From Tepidisphaeraceae bacterium (GTDB taxonomy: Bacteria > Planctomycetota > Phycisphaerae > Tepidisphaerales > Tepidisphaeraceae): a stretch of 33,958 nt of DNA. Position numbers and translations under genes: made by a program. Below are positions 26,209 through 32,202 of the stretch, in pieces. The stretch is from assembly GCA_051962375.1 (NCBI GenBank), contig JBQCCH010000078.1, positions 1 through 33,958 on the forward strand, written 5' to 3'. How positions within the stretch are numbered: the first letter of the stretch is position 1; each line of letters opens with the position of its first letter. Below the pieces are notes generated by a model, which saw nothing but the letters and a program-made list of their open reading frames with translations, ran no database searches and was not told the DNA's origin.

Positions 26209-27645
26209 ATGCAACACCAGCGCCCGCCGCTTCGGATCGGTCTGTTCGGGATTGGCCTCGATACGTATTGGCCGCAGTTCGAGGGTCTTGAGGCTCAGCT
26301 AACCGGCTACCTTAGACGTGTCGGTCAGAAGCTGGCACGGCCCGGCATGGAGATCGTCGATCTCGGGCTGATCGACACGCCCGCCAAGGCCCAGGAAGCC
26401 GGCCACGCCTTCCGCCGCGCGGACGTGGACCTGATTTTTCTCTATGTCACGACCTACGCGCTTTCCAGCACCGTGCTGCCGGTCGTCCGCCGGGCGAAGG
26501 TGCCGGTGATCATCCTAAACCTCGCCCCCGCCGCCGCCATCGATTACGCGACCTTCAATGCCATGGGCGACCGCACGAGCATGACCGGCCACTGGCTTGC
26601 CTTCTGCCAGTCCTGCCCCGTGCCAGAGATTGCCAACGTCTTCAACCGCTGCCGCATCCCGTTTCATCAGGTAACCGGCATGATCGAGGACGACCCGATC
26701 GCCTGGGAGCAGATCGGCCACTGGCTCGACGCCGCCCGCGTGGCCCACGTCATGGAGCACAACCGCCTGGGCGTCATGGGCCACTATTACAACGGCATGC
26801 TCGACATCTATAGCGACCTGACCCAACAGTGCGCCCACTTCGGCGGACATGTCGAAATTGTCGAAGTCGATGAGTTGGCCGCGTTGCGCGCGGCGGTGAC
26901 GGATCAGCAGATTGAAGACCGCGTGGCCCATTTCGGACAGGCATTCGACGTTCGATCCGATTGCCCGGCGGACGAACTGCGGCGCGCCGCCCGGACCAGC
27001 GTGGCGTTGGATCGCTTGGTTACCGAACACGATTTAGGGTCGCTGGCCTACTATTACATGGGCGTCGGGAACCCGGCCAACGAGGACGCGATCAGTTCGA
27101 TCATCCTTGGCACCAGCCTGCTGACCGCCCGCGGCGTTCCGGTCGCCGGCGAATTGGAAATCAAAAACGCCCAGGCGATGAAGATCATGGACAGCTTTGG
27201 CGCCGGCGGTAGCTTCACCGAGTTCTATGCGATGGATTTCCACGACGACGTCGTGCTGATGGGCCACGACGGGCCGGGCCATCTGACAATCGCGCAGGGC
27301 AAAACCCGCGTGCGGCCGTTGCAGGTTTACCACGGCAAAGTGGGCCGCGGTTTGAGCGTGGAAATGAGCGTGCGTCACGGTCCGGTGACGATGCTGAGCG
27401 TCGTCCAGACGGCGGACGGACGGCTGAAGTTGCTGGTCGCCCAAGCTACCAGCGAACCGGGGCCAATCCTGGAAATCGGCAACACCAACAGTCGGTACCG
27501 CTTCGCGATCGGCGCGCGGCGATTCGTCGAAGCCTGGAACGTGCACGGCCCGGCGCACCACTGCGCCGTCGGCGTCGGGTATATCGCCGACAAGATCGAC
27601 AAACTCGGCCAGTTGCTCGGCATGGAAGTCGTACGCGTCTGTTAG
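26209..27645 (+). CDS. L-arabinose-isomerase-family (AraA/FucI-superfamily) sugar isomerase
   Basis: GGAGGAG lies upstream of ATG 26209. LRIGLFGIGLDTYWPQF is an AraA-like N-terminus. GELEIKNAQAMKIMDSFGAGGSFTEFYAMDFHDDVVLMGHDGPGH parallels E. coli AraA GEGDWKTAALLRIMKVMS..GTSFMEDYTYHF..LGSHMLEV, including the metal-site E, E and H positions. HGPAHHCAVGVG parallels GGAHHTVFS. It is transcribed divergently from the AraC gene. Confidence 0.8.
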   Translation: MQHQRPPLRIGLFGIGLDTYWPQFEGLEAQLTGYLRRVGQKLARPGMEIVDLGLIDTPAKAQEAGHAFRRADVDLIFLYVTTYALSSTVLPVVRRAKVPVIILNLAPAAAIDYATFNAMGDRTSMTGHWLAFCQSCPVPEIANVFNRCRIPFHQVTGMIEDDPIAWEQIGHWLDAARVAHVMEHNRLGVMGHYYNGMLDIYSDLTQQCAHFGGHVEIVEVDELAALRAAVTDQQIEDRVAHFGQAFDVRSDCPADELRRAARTSVALDRLVTEHDLGSLAYYYMGVGNPANEDAISSIILGTSLLTARGVPVAGELEIKNAQAMKIMDSFGAGGSFTEFYAMDFHDDVVLMGHDGPGHLTIAQGKTRVRPLQVYHGKVGRGLSVEMSVRHGPVTMLSVVQTADGRLKLLVAQATSEPGPILEIGNTNSRYRFAIGARRFVEAWNVHGPAHHCAVGVGYIADKIDKLGQLLGMEVVRVC

Positions 27646-27789
27646 GCACGCACGTCCCGCCGACCGAGTCACTTCGCCGCCGGCCTTGTCTCGTACATTC
27701 CGTACGCTACGGCGCGGTTGGCGTTTAGAGCGGGCCGAGTTCAGGTCTAGCGCCCGGACGTTGTGATCGTTACTGTCGGCGATGCAGGC

Positions 27790-28550
27790 TTATTCGATCG
27801 ACCTCCGTCGTTCGGGGTCGTTGGCCTCGTACCACTTGGCGACCCGGGCGGCCGCCGGCGGGCGGTGCAGCTCGGCGTTCGCGGCCGCTTTCCCATCGGC
27901 CACGGGTTGGCGGAAGTCGGGCAGGGCGTTCAAGGCGGGCACGCTGGTCCTCGCTTCAGCGACGGTGCCGCGCCAGGTCGACACGACGACGCTATCGGGC
28001 ACGTGCGCGTCGGCGTGCGCGTAACGGGCGAAGTAATGCGCGACGGCGCTGCGGTCGTTCATCGTCGAGCGGGAACAAACGGCCCACCGGTCCGCGACGT
28101 CGGACGCCGGGTTCAACTTCGCCGCACGGTCCAGTTCGAAGAACAGGATGTTGGGTAGCGAATCCGCCTCGACGGGCGCGGGTCATTCGCGATGCGCTGC
28201 TGGCGGGCGAGGCGGAATTCCATGTTCGATTGGCTGGACGCCAACCAGACGTTGCCGACCCCTACGTCGTGGCCGTCGGCCCTCTTCTGGCCGGCGATCG
28301 ACAGCGTGTACGGCCCGCCGGCCTGCTGGCGCTGCAGCACCGCCTTCCAGCGTCCGCCAATGTCGGCGACGGCTTCGGCGGTTCAAACATTTAGGCGAAC
28401 CGTCACCCGTTCGTCCGGCGACGCGTTCCCCCAGACGAGAAGGTCGACGTCCCGCTGGAGCACGACGTGATCGGCGAACAACGGTGCGGCGTAACCGCGA
28501 CCTTCGCGCGACCGTTGCGGGCGAAGGCGAACACATTGGCGACCGCCGTC
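27790..28550 (-). pseudogene. Decayed paralogue of the SASA-type O-acetylesterase (N-terminal ~260 codons only; in-frame TGA, two or more frameshifts, 3-prime truncation)
   Basis: Minus-strand reading gives ..AKVAVTP / PLFADHVVLQRDVDLLVWGNASPDERVTVRLNV-stop (TGA 28383..28385). It continues ..GGRWKAVLQRQQAGGPYTLSIAG..VGNVWLASSQSNMEFRL. After a frame change it reads ..PNILFFEL..DRWAVCS..AVAHYFARYAHADAHVPDSVVVSTWRGTVAEA..LPDFRQ..AKWYEANDP-stop. This is collinear with residues ~30-260 of the intact esterase at 4133..6052. Confidence 0.85.
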
Positions 28551-28587
28551 GGCAGGTGTTTCCTAGAGCGGTTTCGGGTAACGGATT

Positions 28588-29682
28588 TCAATCGCGTCCT
28601 GCGTTGACGTCCGCGGGACGCACGTCGGCCGGTGGGGTGACCAGTTCGTCGCGGTTGCATTCCAGCCGGCCGTCGTGGACGGACAGTTCGCTCATGTGCA
28701 GCCAACTCCGGCCCGCCTTCTTCTTCTCCAACTCGGACTGGTCAGCCGGCAGGTACGGGTGGTTGAAATAAAAGATAAAGGCGCGATCGCCGATGACGGC
28801 GACGCTCGGGTGCTTGCCGCTATTCTTATCCAATGGACGCCAGCCCGGGTTTTGCAGCAGGGGGCCGCCGAAGGTCCAGTTGGTGAGGTCTTCGGAGTAG
28901 TACTGACCGAGCCGCGAGCCCTGGTCAGTAAGTAGCCAGTAATGGCCTTTCCATTTGAATGCGTACGGGGCTTCCTGGTAGCTCGCGCCGTTGACCTTCT
29001 GGTCGTTGGCGGGGCCGGTGACATGGCCGTGGCGGGTCCAGGCGTTCAGGTCCGGACTGGTGGCGTAGTACAGGCTGCCGGGGGCTTCGCCTTTCTTCGG
29101 CAGGTCGCGATAAAACATCCAATACTGGTCGTTGGCGTGAATCAGGCCCGCATCGATGGTGTCGGGCGGGGGGATAGCGTCGTCGACCTTGGTCCAACCA
29201 TTCAGCAGGTCGCCGCCCTTGGCCACGTAATGGCGGATGCGGGTATCGCCGCTGCCCCAAACGCCTTCGGCTCCGGGCCGCCAGACTAAGAACATGTGGT
29301 AAACGCCCGTCGAATCACAGATGATGCCCGGTGCCCAGAGCGTGGTGGCGGAATCTTTCTCGCCGCCCACGCCGTCGAATTTGCAATAGCCGGCGAAGCG
29401 CCAGTCGATCAGGTTCTTCGACACCGCGACGCCGATCGGGCAGCCGCCGCAGCCGGGGTTGGTGTCGGCCATGATCCGGCGGGCGGTGTAGAAGATCCAC
29501 CACTCCTTGGTCGCCTTGTTCCAAACGATTTCCGGGTCGGCCGCGCCTTCGTAATTGGGGTCATTGAAAATCGGCGAAGGGACGACCGCGGCCGATGGTG
29601 CAGCCTGCGTAGCCGGCTGGGCGCTGGCGATGGGGACGCAAATGAGCAAGAAGAGGATCCACGCTCCAACCGTCTGCCGCAT
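28588..29682 (-). CDS. GH43-family five-bladed beta-propeller glycoside hydrolase (arabinanase/arabinofuranosidase/xylosidase type), secreted
   Basis: MRQTVGAWILFLLICVPIASA signal peptide. AADPEIVW (catalytic-base Asp context), LWAPGIIC, TIDAGLIH (second Asp) and YQEAPYAFKWKGHYWLL (catalytic Glu context) occur in the usual GH43 order. Confidence 0.82.
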   Translation of the reverse strand: MRQTVGAWILFLLICVPIASAQPATQAAPSAAVVPSPIFNDPNYEGAADPEIVWNKATKEWWIFYTARRIMADTNPGCGGCPIGVAVSKNLIDWRFAGYCKFDGVGGEKDSATTLWAPGIICDSTGVYHMFLVWRPGAEGVWGSGDTRIRHYVAKGGDLLNGWTKVDDAIPPPDTIDAGLIHANDQYWMFYRDLPKKGEAPGSLYYATSPDLNAWTRHGHVTGPANDQKVNGASYQEAPYAFKWKGHYWLLTDQGSRLGQYYSEDLTNWTFGGPLLQNPGWRPLDKNSGKHPSVAVIGDRAFIFYFNHPYLPADQSELEKKKAGRSWLHMSELSVHDGRLECNRDELVTPPADVRPADVNAGRD

Positions 29683-29744
29683 GCGATTACTCCGTTCGGG
29701 GTGTTTTTCCGACCGAGACTGAAAGATCTACGTACTCGAATCAA

Positions 29745-29826
29745 CATTCCAATGCGGGTCATATATTTTCCACTTGTATTGGTACTCTCGTGGGATCCCA
29801 GTGTTGAAGGCCCTGGCATTGGAATG
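29745..29826. promoter_or_regulatory. Divergent-promoter region with an 11-bp perfect inverted repeat pair flanking a perfect 10-bp palindrome
   Basis: CATTCCAATGC (29745..29755) and GCATTGGAATG (29816..29826) are exact reverse complements 60 nt apart. TGGGATCCCA (29791..29800) lies between them, and TATATATTTT lies nearby. The region sits between the GH43 start (29682) and the GH127-relic start (29844). Confidence 0.35.
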
Positions 29827-29843
29827 AGGACGAGGCCTTGATA

Positions 29844-31390
29844 ATGCGATTTCGACAGCTCAGTGCGGCGTTGATGTCGCTCGGGCTGACGGCCCAAACG
29901 GCGTCGCGGTCGGCGGTGAGAAGCCGGTCACCCAGCCGTTCGCACTTGCAGACGTGCGTTTGCTGCCCGGCCGCTTCAAAGAGAGCACTGACCGGGCGGA
30001 AACGTACCTGCTGTTGATCGACATGGACCGGCTGCTGAGCGGCTTCCGCACTGAAGCATGGCTAAGGCGGAAGGCACCGAAGGGCATTATCTGTCCGACT
30101 GCGCAACGGCGTACGCCTCGACCGACTGGACGAGCCCCGAGATTTCCAACCTGTCCGACGAGCGGGTGCAGCAAATCCTCCGTTGCGAGCGGGGGCATGG
30201 CCGTCGTGTCGCCGATCACGCATGACCCGAAATACCTGACATTGGCCACCCGATTCAATCACAAGGCCGTGCTGGTCCTACTCGAAGTCGGCCACGACCC
30301 ACTGGCCGGCCTGCACGCGAACACGCAGATTCCGAAGATCGTCGGCGCCGCACGTGAATAAGAAGTCGGCGGCGACTCCGCGCTCGTCAAGGCCGCCAAC
30401 ACCTTCTGGGACGCCGTCGTCGGCCATCACACCTACGTACCCGGCGAATACAGCAACGGCGAACATTTCGGCCCGCCCGACCGGCCCACCCTCTGCAACG
30501 GCACGACCGAAACCTGCAATACCTACGACATGCTGCGCCTGAACCGGCACTTGTTCAGATGGACCGGCGACGCCAAATATCTCGACTTCTACGAACGGGC
30601 TCTGGCCAACGACATTCTGGGCTCGCAAAACCTCAGCACCGGCGAGGTGACGTGTTACGTGCCGCTCAAATCCGGCGCCAAACATGAATGGCAGACGCTC
30701 TATAACAGTTTTACCTGCTGCGTCGGCACGGGCACGGGCATGGAAAATCACGTCAAATACGGCGAAAGCATCTACTTTCACGACGACCAAACGCTTTGGT
30801 CCAACTTGTTCATCGCCTCGGAACTGACGTGGAATGACGCGGGCGTGAATGTCCGCATGGATCCGCTGTTCCCCGCGCCCGGCAAGGTATCGCTGACGGT
30901 CACGGCCGAGCCGCCCAAGCGGTTCGCGATGAAACTGCGTCGTCCGGAATGGGCAATAATGTACGCGTTCACCGTCAACGGCCAAGCCGTCGCCGACGTA
31001 CCGGGGCCGGCGTCTTACGTGACCATCGATCGCGAGTGGAAGACCGGCGACCGCGTCGAAATCGACGCGCCGCATCCGCTGCGCACCGAACCGCTCGGCA
31101 CTGACCCAAGCCACGTGGCCGTGCTCAGCGGACCGGTGCTGATGGCCCAGAAGATTGCCGGTAACGACTACCGCACGGCTGTAATCGTTGACCCGTCGGG
31201 CGAACTGCTGCAGTCGCTCAATCCCGACGTGGAGCGGCTTTGGCGTACCGCACCGCCGGCGTCGGCAAGCCGGACGACTGTCCGCAACGTCCGTCTTACG
31301 ACGCATGGGAGGACCGCTACGCGGTTTTGTTCCTGAAGTTGACGCCCGCGTAAAGCTGCCTCAGCTCTACCCATCAGTTGAGGCTGGCTG
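29844..31390 (+). pseudogene. Decayed paralogue of GH127 beta-L-arabinofuranosidase (frameshifts, internal deletions, TAA nonsense, 3-prime truncation at an IS scar)
   Basis: ATG 29844 gives MRFRQLSAALMSLGLTAQTA, then a frame change to ..FALADVRLLPGRFKESTDRAETYLLLIDMDRLLSGFRTEA. Roughly 85-90 codons are missing between ..GHYLSDCATAYASTD and W..SNLSDERVQQILRCERGGM. AGLHANTQIPKIVGAARE is followed by TAA (30359..30361) where the intact gene has TAC. Next come TETCNTYDML..FTCCVGTGTGMENHVKYG..DREWKTGDRV, with a further frameshift near 31250. Homology (..SYDAWEDRYAVLF) stops just before the IS scar at 31398. Confidence 0.88.
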
Positions 31391-31397
31391 AACACTA

Positions 31398-31473
31398 GAG
31401 CCTGTCATGCACATTGTCGCCTTCGTCTGCCTCATGCTCGCCAGCTTTTTACGCTTGAGTTCATAACAGGCTC
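31398..31473 (+). mobile_element. 76-bp internally deleted IS5-family element (MITE-like) with both terminal inverted repeats and a TA target duplication in CTAG
   Basis: The left end GAGCCTGTCATGCAC and right end GTTCATAACAGGCTC are imperfect inverted repeats. The left end matches the IS relic end at 21963 (GAGCCTGTCATGAAC) at 14 of 15 positions. The element is flanked by cTA..TAg. Its interior reads HIVAFVCLMLASFLRLSS-stop, which is the C-terminal tail typical of IS5-family transposases. Confidence 0.8.
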
Positions 31474-31632
31474 TAGGCGATCGCGCCGCTCGGCCGATGA
31501 GCGGACTCCAGATGTCCTACGGCGAGAACCGTGACAACAACCGCGGAGGCGTCCCTTCCAATGATTTGACACCGAGCCAGCGGCCGGCCAATCTGGCTTG
31601 CTATTTCGTGGTACGCGATTCGAGAGCAATCC

Positions 31633-32202
31633 ATGTTTGACCTAATCAACGACTGCGAATCTTCCGGCGTCGCCGACTGCGGCAAACTCGCCTCTGCAAT
31701 GCCCTCGGCCGAGCCGCTCCTAGCGCCGGCGAACGTGTTCATCGGCTCGTACTTGCGGCTGGAACTTTTGGCCCGTCACGGGCGGCACGATCAACTGCTC
31801 GAAGAGTTGCGTGCCCTGTTCTTGCCGATGCTGGCCCACGGCCCCGGCACGGCTTGGGAACACCATGGGCCCGAAGACAGCCGTTGTCACGGGTTCGTCT
31901 CACGCGCGGCGTTGTGGCTGCTGCGGGACGTGCTGGGCATCGGCCCGCCCGGCGCGCAGGCTCGCACCATCGAATCTACTCCTAATCCGGCCGGCCTTGC
32001 TTGGGCGAGGGGAAGCACGATCGTTGCGGGCCAACCCGTATCGGTGGAATGCTCGAGCACGGCCGAACGCTTCTCGTTCAACGCCACGGTCGCGTCGGCC
32101 TATACCGGCGTACAGCGTTTGCCGCCCACGCGGCGGTCGTTGCACCAGCGGGACGAACCCGTCGGCTTCACGGGAAACCTCCGATTGGAACTCACCCTAT
32201 GA
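31633..32202 (+). pseudogene. C-terminal stub of an (alpha/alpha)6-barrel glycoside hydrolase, GH78 alpha-L-rhamnosidase-like; N-terminal several hundred codons missing
   Basis: ..SYLRLELLARHGRHDQLLEELRALFLPMLAHGPGTAWEHHGPEDSRCHGFVSRAALWLLRDVLGI..P..GLAWARGS matches the end of the catalytic barrel plus the C-terminal beta-sandwich of GH78-type enzymes (..ML..G.tT.WE......S.cHgWs..P...L....LGI). The frame is open from about 31570. It begins about 100 nt after the IS scar. Confidence 0.6.
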
